DNA of 59,486 nt from assembly GCA_003602535.1 (NCBI GenBank), contig QQSA01000075.1, positions 3,853 through 63,338 on the forward strand, in the 5' to 3' direction. Source of the stretch: Candidatus Poseidoniales archaeon. Lineage in GTDB: Archaea; Thermoplasmatota; Poseidoniia; Poseidoniales; Poseidoniaceae. The notes beneath the pieces are model-generated. The model worked only from the letters and a program-made list of their open reading frames with translations, did not search any database and had not been told where the DNA came from. Positions 19,002 to 27,302 of the stretch are shown in pieces. The stretch's first letter is position 1; each line of letters starts with the position of its first letter. A program made the position numbers and the translations under genes.

Positions 19002-20027
19002 TCAGCGACTTGCTAGAGTCAAGTTCTTCCACATGTCTTCTGGAACTTCCATAGCCAATCTAAGACCGCCCATAGCTCCTAAGCGAACTGGATCATCTAC
19101 GACGTGAACATTGACTTCACCCATGTCTGACAATCTTCGCTCAATTAGTGCTCCAAGCCCTTTGATTCCAGAACCTCCGCCTGCAAGAACCATGTTCCTG
19201 CGGAATTCATCATGGAATTCAGGGTTTGATTCTGCGATTAGCGCCTTAACATTTTCAACGATTGGGTCTACAATTGACTCACAAGCGTTCTGTACACAAT
19301 CAGTAATGTCCAGTGACATTGCTTTTCCTTCGATTGAGAAGTCTACCATAATTGGGTCGTCTGGTGTGTTGGTCGAAACAAAGGAATACTGTTCCTTCCA
19401 TCTTCGAGCCATATCTTTTGTGACCTGAGCTCCATTGTATTTCTTCTGAACTTCAACGATAATCTGGTTGTCAACATAGTCTCCAGCATATCCTGTGTGC
19501 ATCTGATCTTTAGGTCCTGGAATTGTTCCATATACTCTACAAAGGTCAGTTGTTCCTGCTCCGATGTCGATGACTAGAGTGTGCTCAATCATGTCCAATG
19601 CGTAAGCAACAGCGAAAGGCTCTGAGATAATCATAGCTGCATTTACTGAACCAGCAGCAGCATCGAAGATAGATGTCTTGTCAACGTGGCTTGCCTCAGC
19701 AGGCGCACCAATTACCGCTACAACACGGTCGTAATCCTCTGGATCGGATAGTCCAATCAAATGAGTGATGAAATGTGCAATAAATTCACGATCTTCAGGA
19801 GTGTCTTTGATTACACCCAGTTCCAATGGTCGGAACAAATTCAATGCTAGTCTGTTCTTTAGAGCTTCTTCTCCAAATAAAACATCTCTTTTCAGGAAGT
19901 TTCGTGCTATCGGGTCCTTAGGTGTTCCAATTACAGTAAGCTCCTCTTCTTCGTGGCTGTCACTGGATACCATAACAGAGCGGAAGGTTCCAAGGTCAAT
20001 TCCAATGTAAAGTACTTCTTCGGCCAT
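19002..20027 (-). CDS. Actin-family ATPase, MamK-like (MreB/MamK superfamily)
   Basis: Phosphate-1 IGIDLGT, connect ISEPFAV, phosphate-2 VIDIGAGTTDLC, adenosine VLAGGGS; 341 aa. Confidence 0.9.
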   Translation of the reverse strand: MAEEVLYIGIDLGTFRSVMVSSDSHEEEELTVIGTPKDPIARNFLKRDVLFGEEALKNRLALNLFRPLELGVIKDTPEDREFIAHFITHLIGLSDPEDYDRVVAVIGAPAEASHVDKTSIFDAAAGSVNAAMIISEPFAVAYALDMIEHTLVIDIGAGTTDLCRVYGTIPGPKDQMHTGYAGDYVDNQIIVEVQKKYNGAQVTKDMARRWKEQYSFVSTNTPDDPIMVDFSIEGKAMSLDITDCVQNACESIVDPIVENVKALIAESNPEFHDEFRRNMVLAGGGSGIKGLGALIERRLSDMGEVNVHVVDDPVRLGAMGGLRLAMEVPEDMWKNLTLASR

Positions 20028-20059
20028 AATACTCGCCGTTTCATGCGATTGGCTCTCGC

Positions 20060-20067
20060 CTTATGAA
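20060..20067 (-). promoter_or_regulatory. TATA-like element TTCATAAG of the actin gene
   Basis: Same motif class as found upstream of eif5a, fusA and psmA; about 33 bp upstream of the ATG. Confidence 0.45.
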
Positions 20068-20124
20068 TAATCCCTAAACTATCAAATGCTTATGATGTGA
20101 TAATTCAATCTATAAACCGGTGTA

Positions 20125-21135
20125 CTAACACCAACTTTCACATGATTGGCAGTACCATGCGGCATAGTCAGCATAAAGCTCTGCCATTTCGCCACATCCA
20201 GTACATTCTTTGAGCGCGTGATCACCAAAAATTTGCTGAACTATCTGTACGTGTAATGGATCATCGATACCTAATTGTTGACGCATAGCCCACAACATTT
20301 GATCTTCAGATGGCGAAATAATTCCATCTGCCAAACAAATCTCCACTACTACACGGTAGTCTTCAACCATTCTGATATCTCGTGGGTCCATCGATACACC
20401 GGACTTTTCTGCAACTATGTCGGTACCACCTGGGTCATCAACGAAAATTACCAAAGAATCAGGGTTCAACTCATCACTTCTCATTTCTAGCAAGATTATG
20501 TGTCCTTCTTGATTTGCGTAAACCAATTTGGAGAATCGATTGATGACATTTGTTATCGATCTTGCAGTGTCATCTGCACTTCTTCCTCTCCTCCATCCAG
20601 TTTCACTCATCTCATCATATGCATAGAACTCAGTTCCAATTCCTGGATATTCCAGGCGAACTTCTTCCCCACCATCGAATCCATTGGCTACAATTGTGAT
20701 GCTTCCCACCGTTGTATCTACTAAATTATCATCATCATCGAACGAAATCATTAGTGGTTTTCTCTCTTCAGCAGCGGCATTAAAATGACCACTCATTCCA
20801 CTCATCCATTTATCTTCAAGGCGTTGAAGTGATGCCTCTTGTTCACCTGAAAGTCCCTTGTTAATTCCAAGAACATTGGATAGATCTCCACTCTCCATTT
20901 CGCGCTTAAATTCTTCAATCAACTCTGAATCTCTACGATAATTATCAGGAGGTCCACTCTTTTTGGCTACATGGTTTGGGTCTTTCCATTCATACTGGCA
21001 TCGTGCACAGCTAAGGTATCCTGGCAAACTTGAAGGTTGCTTTTCACCACCACATCGTGGGCAATCACCTTCTTCTAAAACACTTAGATTTTCAGCGGCT
21101 TCCCGTCTTCCTTTCCGGAACCCCCACTCGGCCAT
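20125..21135 (-). CDS. Hypothetical protein with N- and C-terminal zinc ribbons and a TerB-like segment
   Basis: CPRC..CARC at the N-terminus; CLADGIISPSEDQML..RQQLG; CTGC..CQSC at the C-terminus. Confidence 0.75.
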   Translation of the reverse strand: MAEWGFRKGRREAAENLSVLEEGDCPRCGGEKQPSSLPGYLSCARCQYEWKDPNHVAKKSGPPDNYRRDSELIEEFKREMESGDLSNVLGINKGLSGEQEASLQRLEDKWMSGMSGHFNAAAEERKPLMISFDDDDNLVDTTVGSITIVANGFDGGEEVRLEYPGIGTEFYAYDEMSETGWRRGRSADDTARSITNVINRFSKLVYANQEGHIILLEMRSDELNPDSLVIFVDDPGGTDIVAEKSGVSMDPRDIRMVEDYRVVVEICLADGIISPSEDQMLWAMRQQLGIDDPLHVQIVQQIFGDHALKECTGCGEMAELYADYAAWYCQSCESWC

Positions 21136-21183
21136 AAACTAGGGACGATGATGATGGCTTTTGAACACTCCCTTGAAAATTAA

Positions 21184-21981
21184 TTACAATAGGGCTTTCA
21201 AACCATATCTAATCAATCCGTCTTGAGCGTAGATTTTCCTTACTGCAAAACTAACTCTTGAGCCGATTGCAATTTCACCATCATTGTCGTCAGCAACTAG
21301 GAATACTCCGCAAGGTCCATCATCTAGCCGCACGAATACTGTGCCAATTCCCTCGAGAATTGGCGCTCGTAAACTAAATTCCGAAGGAGCTCCTCCAGCA
21401 GATAGTTTTGTCCATGATTCAACAACTCCACCTTGGGACAATGGTGGTGCTTCCTCTGGTCTTTGGTCACCAATCATTTCTCTTGGAGGCCAAATTCGAA
21501 TATCGCCTAACTGTTGACTGGAAAAATTAATTCTCGATGACGCGCCACTTCTGTATGCTTGTTCTGAAACAAACGCACCCTGACTTACAGCTGTCATCTC
21601 TTCAGCCCACGCCTTGGAAATACTATCATGGAATTCAGATTCCATCTCTTCACCCTCAATGTCCCAATCAAGTTCATGAGATCTCGATATCGATAAACAA
21701 GCATTATCTACGGAACATTGAATCGACCAAACTGAATTTTCATCTATTAAGTAACCACATGCTTGCAAAACAAACTGGTCTATGTTTTCATCTACTGATA
21801 TGGAATCAATATCACACTCGTCTGACAGCAGTGAAAGCCCGCTTATTGCCAAAGTAGTGTAGTCGCTATCTGGTCCAAAAACATGTATTCCATCAATTGT
21901 ATGGCGACTTTTGATGACCAGTCCTTCTTGTTGCAAGCATGCTAAGTTTCCTTGCCAATTTACACATTGGTTAGAACTCAT
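21184..21981 (-). CDS. DUF35-type OB-fold protein (thiolase partner) with a divergent N-terminal extension
   Basis: WPPR, GVVESWT, APSEF, VRLDDG, IGSRVSFAVRKIY..GLIRYGLKA; overlaps the thiolase stop codon. Confidence 0.75.
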   Translation of the reverse strand: MSSNQCVNWQGNLACLQQEGLVIKSRHTIDGIHVFGPDSDYTTLAISGLSLLSDECDIDSISVDENIDQFVLQACGYLIDENSVWSIQCSVDNACLSISRSHELDWDIEGEEMESEFHDSISKAWAEEMTAVSQGAFVSEQAYRSGASSRINFSSQQLGDIRIWPPREMIGDQRPEEAPPLSQGGVVESWTKLSAGGAPSEFSLRAPILEGIGTVFVRLDDGPCGVFLVADDNDGEIAIGSRVSFAVRKIYAQDGLIRYGLKALL

Positions 21982-23150
21982 TTCAACTCCCTCCCAAATA
22001 TGTGTACTGCACAGGTTGCACCTGATCCTCCAACATTATGTGTAAGTGCATGTGATGCATCTCTAACTTGTCTATTGGATTCAACCTCACCTCTCAGTTG
22101 TTTGAATACTTCAACTACTTGCCCAGTTCCAGTAGCTCCTAATGGATGTCCCTTAGATTTTAGTCCACCACTTGCATTGATTGTGACTTGACCTTGGTTT
22201 CGAATACCTCTTCCTTCTCTGGCGAATATTCCACCTTCTCCTCTATTTGCAAATCCTAAATCTTCAGTAGCCATCAATTCAGCAATGGTAAAGCAATCAT
22301 GTACTTCTGCTAAATCGATGTCATTTGCGGATAATCCAGCCTGATTATATGCGTTTGTTGCCGCTCTTTGGGTTGCAATTAACTGAGTTATAGAAGGTCT
22401 ATCGTGCAATGCAAGGTGATCACTGCCGGCACCAGAACCTAGTACCCATACAGGATCATCACTCAATTTCTTAGCAACATGGTCAGCTGCGAGTACTACT
22501 GTAGATGCACCATCTGATGTCGGGCAACAATCATACAGAGTAAGTGGATCTGCAACCATGAAACCATTTTGTGCTTTATCAAAAGAAACATCTTTCCTAA
22601 TGTGTGCATATTCGTTATCTAGGCCATGCATGTGATTCTTTACTGAGATGTTTACTAAATCATCATGGACACTACCAAATTCATGGAAATGCCTCCTTGC
22701 CATCAGAGCGTAAGTTCCTGGAAATGTTAGACCTGCTAATCTTTCCCATTCGGTATCGCCACTAACTCCCAGCCAGAATCGCTTTCTTTCAGGAGAAAGG
22801 TCATTCATTTTTTCAATCCCTCCTGCTACAACAATATCTGCTTGCCCACTCTTGATTGCCATCCAGGCATCACGGAATGCAAATCCAGATGAAGCACATG
22901 CATTTTCCACTCTCCTAACCGGAATGTTGTCCATTCCGGTATGCTCTGTCAAGAGTGCGGCTGTATTACCGATTTGACCACCACCAAATGCAATGGATCC
23001 AATAAATGCCTCATCAACCATTGATGGATCAAAATCTCCGTCGATTGAAGCGAATGCATTTTCGGTCGATTCGGCCCACATACCCTTCAATCCAAGAGGA
23101 TGATTTCCGAATTTTGTTTGGCCCGCACCAACCACAGCCACATCGACCAT
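21978..23150 (-). CDS. Thiolase (acetyl-CoA C-acyltransferase, archaeal/SCP-x type)
   Basis: VENACASSG, DCCPTSDGAS, AEVHDCFT, NASGGLKSKGHPLGATG, HNVGG; GGAGGTG RBS. Confidence 0.93.
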   Translation of the reverse strand: MVDVAVVGAGQTKFGNHPLGLKGMWAESTENAFASIDGDFDPSMVDEAFIGSIAFGGGQIGNTAALLTEHTGMDNIPVRRVENACASSGFAFRDAWMAIKSGQADIVVAGGIEKMNDLSPERKRFWLGVSGDTEWERLAGLTFPGTYALMARRHFHEFGSVHDDLVNISVKNHMHGLDNEYAHIRKDVSFDKAQNGFMVADPLTLYDCCPTSDGASTVVLAADHVAKKLSDDPVWVLGSGAGSDHLALHDRPSITQLIATQRAATNAYNQAGLSANDIDLAEVHDCFTIAELMATEDLGFANRGEGGIFAREGRGIRNQGQVTINASGGLKSKGHPLGATGTGQVVEVFKQLRGEVESNRQVRDASHALTHNVGGSGATCAVHIFGRELK

Positions 23151-23231
23151 GACACCTCCACTACCTCACGGTTCAACTAACTCTCGGTCCACAAGGTTCA
23201 ACAACGACCCACCTGTCGCCGGCATGATATT

Positions 23232-23912
23232 ATGCTACGACAATGCAGAACCCACGGTCATTTTAGCGGAACAAACTGCCCTATTTGCAATGCTGAAGGC
23301 AAGTTCATTATGTCTGATAGAGAATCAAACAGTCTTGGCCGCATTCTTGCGCTAGTACTACGACATGCTCCGGAGAAATTCAATGTAGAAATGGATTTGA
23401 ACGGTTGGGTAAACGCCAGAGAGTTGTCTGAATCAATTCAGAAGCAACGCAAGCACTTCCATTGGATTCGTGGATGGCACTTTGAGGCTATTGCTAATGC
23501 AGATGAAAAAGGCAGATACCAAGTTGAAGGTGAAATGATCAGAGCAACCTATGGTCACTCGATTGAATTAGAATTGGATTTACCAACTGATGACATTCCA
23601 GAATCACTGTATTGGCCGTGTGACCCAGAATCAGTACCTACACACATGGAACTAGGAATCACTGCAGGAGATAGAAAGCACGTACACCTTTCTCGAACTA
23701 TTTCAAACGCTATGGAAGCAGGGCATGTTCGAATTAACCGACCTGCAATCTTGGAAGTTGATACCACCAGAGCAATTGCAGATGGATTTACAATCTGGAG
23801 AGCTGGAAAAACAGTATTCCTTTGTGAAGAAATGCCTGCGGAATACCTATTCCACGTAGAGGAAGACGATCCTGCAATACAAGATATGATTGCTACTTGG
23901 GAAGAAGAGTGA
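23232..23912 (+). CDS. kptA: RNA 2'-phosphotransferase (Tpt1/KptA)
   Basis: LRHAP, DLNGWV, KGRYQ, IRATYGHS, RKHVHLS; N-terminal CxxH..CxxC typical of archaeal members. Confidence 0.92.
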   Translation: MLRQCRTHGHFSGTNCPICNAEGKFIMSDRESNSLGRILALVLRHAPEKFNVEMDLNGWVNARELSESIQKQRKHFHWIRGWHFEAIANADEKGRYQVEGEMIRATYGHSIELELDLPTDDIPESLYWPCDPESVPTHMELGITAGDRKHVHLSRTISNAMEAGHVRINRPAILEVDTTRAIADGFTIWRAGKTVFLCEEMPAEYLFHVEEDDPAIQDMIATWEEE

Positions 23913-24251
23913 TTACTCTAAGTAATTACCACAAGCGGCGCAGAAGTTTAGATCATCTTCCATTGGTGCAGAGCAAGTTGGGCAAATACCACTTGCGATA
24001 GCAATTACCTGTTTTGCCATGTTTGCATTTGTATCGTCCTGCATTGTCAATGCCTGGACTATTTCTAGTGGGTTTTGCCCAAGTTTTGATAATTCTCTGA
24101 AACGCTCGGAGAATTCAATGGCCATCATTAGTGAAGATTCAATCTGCCATTGCCTTTTTTGACGCTCAACCTTGTCCACAATATCCTCGCAAGCATCCAA
24201 TTCTGCTTGCATGTGGCGGATGAATTCATCGACACTCGGTGACTCTGACAT
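23913..24251 (-). CDS. Hypothetical protein with a C-terminal zinc ribbon
   Basis: Helical N-terminus followed by CPTC..FCAACG. Confidence 0.7.
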   Translation of the reverse strand: MSESPSVDEFIRHMQAELDACEDIVDKVERQKRQWQIESSLMMAIEFSERFRELSKLGQNPLEIVQALTMQDDTNANMAKQVIAIASGICPTCSAPMEDDLNFCAACGNYLE

Positions 24252-24319
24252 GATGTGGCCCTATCTCAACTCCCATGTAAATCCAATGCACACATTAGTG
24301 GGAATTGTGTGGCATATGC

Positions 24320-25093
24320 ATGGCCGGGACTGTTGTCATCAAATGGGGAGGTGGTTTAATCACCCACAAAGATCAGTTGTGCACAGTCAATTCCGAAGTC
24401 ATAGAATCGTTAGCAAAAGTATGTGCTGATTCTAGCAAGAGACTAGTAATAGTCCATGGAGCAGGCTCTTTTGGACATATGAAAGCAAAAAAATTCCGTT
24501 TAGCTGAGGGTCGCATAAAGGGAATGAATCAAGATGATGCAGTTGAATCTGTTCGATCTGATATGAAGTTACTAAACAAATTCGTCATGGAGGCACTACA
24601 GCGTGCAGGTGTTGAAGCGAAATCGTTTCCTCCTCATGAATGGGCTTTAGGTACAGGTCCAAATTTTGAAGGAGAACTCCCAATATTCGATGGTGTAACG
24701 GTTGTTTTTGGTGATGTTGTTGAAGACAAGGAAAAGGAATTTGGAATCTTATCTGGAGATGATTTGATATTGCGATATTCAAAAGAGCTAGATGGAGTAG
24801 AAAGAGCAGTATTTGCAATCGGTGGAGTTGATGGGATATTGCGTGTCCCTCCGGGGAGAGCAGGTGCTGATGACTTGATTGAAGTGTGGAATCCTGATGT
24901 TGAATTCGAAGGCGAGCATGCTAGCGAAATAGATGTGACTGGGGGAATTGGGCTTAAAGCAGCTAGAGGCGCAGAGATTTCAAAAAATGGAATCGATGTA
25001 ATCTTGGTTAATGGTGAGTTTCCGAGTCGCGTTTTAGATGCGATTGAAGGAAAATCTGTAATTGGAACACGTATAATGTCAGGGAACTCTTGA
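24320..25093 (+). CDS. ipk: Isopentenyl phosphate kinase
   Basis: IKWGGGLITHK, VHGAGSFGH, GDVV, ILSGDD, DVTGGI..K; lies directly upstream of the prenyl synthase. Confidence 0.9.
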   Translation: MAGTVVIKWGGGLITHKDQLCTVNSEVIESLAKVCADSSKRLVIVHGAGSFGHMKAKKFRLAEGRIKGMNQDDAVESVRSDMKLLNKFVMEALQRAGVEAKSFPPHEWALGTGPNFEGELPIFDGVTVVFGDVVEDKEKEFGILSGDDLILRYSKELDGVERAVFAIGGVDGILRVPPGRAGADDLIEVWNPDVEFEGEHASEIDVTGGIGLKAARGAEISKNGIDVILVNGEFPSRVLDAIEGKSVIGTRIMSGNS

Positions 25094-25128
25094 TGTAGTG
25101 GACGCGAAACCGGTAATTCGGTGAGTGA

Positions 25129-26859
25129 ATGTCGGGTTATGCCATAGGTGATGTGCCGACGATTCAAATGGAGGCCGATGCTTCTGAAGTACTTGCAGGA
25201 AGTGACTCAATTCAGGAGTCTCTGATGGCAGAGGCAGTCATACAAGTTACTGAACATGACGAGGTAATTGGACCTGTGTCAAAATTAGACAGCCATCATC
25301 AGATTGGTAAATACCACCGTGCGTTTAGCGTTCTTTTATTCGACAAATCTGGAAGACTTTTACTGCAAAAGCGTGCATCTCACAAAATAACATTTCCAAA
25401 CGTTTGGGCAAATTCATGCTGCTCGCATCCACTTTATAGTGATGAAGAGATGGAAACTAGAAATCACTTAGGTGTAAAGAGAGCTGCTATCAGAAAACTT
25501 GAGCAAGAATTGGGTATAGATCCTTCACAGGTCAGTATCGACAAATTTGAATTCGTTACTAAAATGAGATATCAAGCACGTCAGGATGAAGAATGGATCG
25601 AAAGAGAAGTAGACCACTGCATGGTTATTCATGCAGACGTTGATGTAAATCCTAATCCTAACGAAGTTAGTGAAATTAAGTGGGTAAGCCAAGAAGAATT
25701 GGAGGGAATGTTGATTGCTGATGATCCAGAGAATGTCATTGCACCATGGTTCAGATGTATTGCTGCAAGAGTAATGACTGATGATTGGTGGAGACCTAAT
25801 TGTGCTAAACCTGATGATTTGATTCATGACATGGGTGATGTTTCACACATGCTACCTGGCGCTATTGGTGCAGACTTGAATACTAGCATCGCAGAAGTAA
25901 AAGAATTGGTTGAAGACAGAATCGAGAGGGCTCTAACTCATACTTCGTTAGACAGACTATCTAGTGCTATGATGCATCTCGTTGAAGGGGGCGGTAAGAG
26001 ATTGCGTGCGACTCTTCCATGGTTGGTTGCAAAAGCTGTCGGTGATACTCACTCTGGTTTACTTGATGTGGGTGCAGCAATCGAAATTATCCACAATTTC
26101 ACATTGGTTCATGATGATATTATGGACGATGATGATGTCAGGAGAGGTCGACCTGCAGTCCATATTGAATACGATCTTCCTACCGCAATCAATGCAGGAG
26201 ATGCAATGCTTGCAATTGCATTTGAAGCCATGGCAGTAGCAGAAGGTATTGAACCAGAATTACTACCATTTTTGGTTAAGAGAATTGGGCGAATGGTTCG
26301 CAAATGTAGCGAAGGACAGCAGTTGGATATTGAATTTGAAGACCGTGATATTGTTTCAGAAGAAGAATACATTACAATGATTCATGGGAAGACTGCAGCG
26401 ATGTTCCTTACTTGTGCAGAGGTAGGTTCTCATCTTGCTGGAGCAGATCAAGATACAATACAATGTATGCATGATTGGGGCTTAGCACTCGGATTATGCT
26501 TCCAGTTAATGGATGATTTAATCGATGTATTATCTGATTCCGATACTTTGGGTAAACCAAGTGGTAGCGATGTCGCTCAGGGCAAGAGAACTTTGATGGT
26601 TATTCATGCTCTAAAACAGCAGCCTTCTGATTCTAAGGACGATTTGCTTGCAGTTCTAGGAAAAGGTGAGAATGTTACAGCTGAACAAGTAAGTAGAGCT
26701 CACAAAGCATTGCATGATCTAGGCTCTATTGAATACGCTAGGTCGAAGGCTGAAACATATCATCGCAAAGCACATGATTGTCTGGACAGAATTCCTAATG
26801 GTCCTGCAATGAGGGCTCTTCGTGAGTTAACAGATTATCAACTTAAGCGGATATTCTGA
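25129..26859 (+). CDS. Fusion of type-1 isopentenyl-diphosphate isomerase and geranylgeranyl diphosphate synthase
   Basis: N-half HRAFSVLLF, QKRA..KITFP.VWANSCCSHP, RKLEQELG, WIEREVDH; C-half GGKRLR, HNFTLVHDDIMD..RRG, GQQLD, KTA, FQLMDDLID. Confidence 0.93.
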   Translation: MSGYAIGDVPTIQMEADASEVLAGSDSIQESLMAEAVIQVTEHDEVIGPVSKLDSHHQIGKYHRAFSVLLFDKSGRLLLQKRASHKITFPNVWANSCCSHPLYSDEEMETRNHLGVKRAAIRKLEQELGIDPSQVSIDKFEFVTKMRYQARQDEEWIEREVDHCMVIHADVDVNPNPNEVSEIKWVSQEELEGMLIADDPENVIAPWFRCIAARVMTDDWWRPNCAKPDDLIHDMGDVSHMLPGAIGADLNTSIAEVKELVEDRIERALTHTSLDRLSSAMMHLVEGGGKRLRATLPWLVAKAVGDTHSGLLDVGAAIEIIHNFTLVHDDIMDDDDVRRGRPAVHIEYDLPTAINAGDAMLAIAFEAMAVAEGIEPELLPFLVKRIGRMVRKCSEGQQLDIEFEDRDIVSEEEYITMIHGKTAAMFLTCAEVGSHLAGADQDTIQCMHDWGLALGLCFQLMDDLIDVLSDSDTLGKPSGSDVAQGKRTLMVIHALKQQPSDSKDDLLAVLGKGENVTAEQVSRAHKALHDLGSIEYARSKAETYHRKAHDCLDRIPNGPAMRALRELTDYQLKRIF

Positions 26860-27274
26860 TAACTCCAGTTTTCAGCACTTTACAGTACCAGCGAGTCTCA
26901 CCTGGATATTTTTTGTGAGATATTCTATTGAAATAACCGTCTACAAATGAATCACTAATTGTCTTGCATGGTGTCGCAGCAGATACAACTTCTAATTCGA
27001 CATCACCAACTGAGAATATAGATCCAATTTTCAGGTCATAACCCGAAACTAGTAGATTCTCGCCAGTTGTTCCTGGCATAATTGGGTGCCCTTCTGCTTG
27101 TAATTTCTTGAGGGTTTCATCTTCAAGAACGCATACGGCACGCATCACTCCTCCGTGATGTTTCTTGTCATGTTGGTTGTCACTTACTAGTCCTTGGTAA
27201 TCGACTCTTACTGAATTCACAGATTCTTTAGGTACTCCTCCATTGGAAACAAAAATTCCCAATAAATTCCCCAT
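26843..27274 (-). CDS. MOSC domain protein
   Basis: GGVPK, HHGG..RAVC, PGTTGENL, LEVV...PCKTI. Confidence 0.88.
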   Translation of the reverse strand: MGNLLGIFVSNGGVPKESVNSVRVDYQGLVSDNQHDKKHHGGVMRAVCVLEDETLKKLQAEGHPIMPGTTGENLLVSGYDLKIGSIFSVGDVELEVVSAATPCKTISDSFVDGYFNRISHKKYPGETRWYCKVLKTGVIRISA

Positions 27275-27302
27275 TCAAACACCTATGTGAGAGATGTTCT
27301 AA

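Noticed and set aside
19002..20027. Magnetosome gene cluster implied by the MamK-like gene
   Set aside because: No mamA/B/E/M/Q-like, iron transport or magnetochrome genes are in the window
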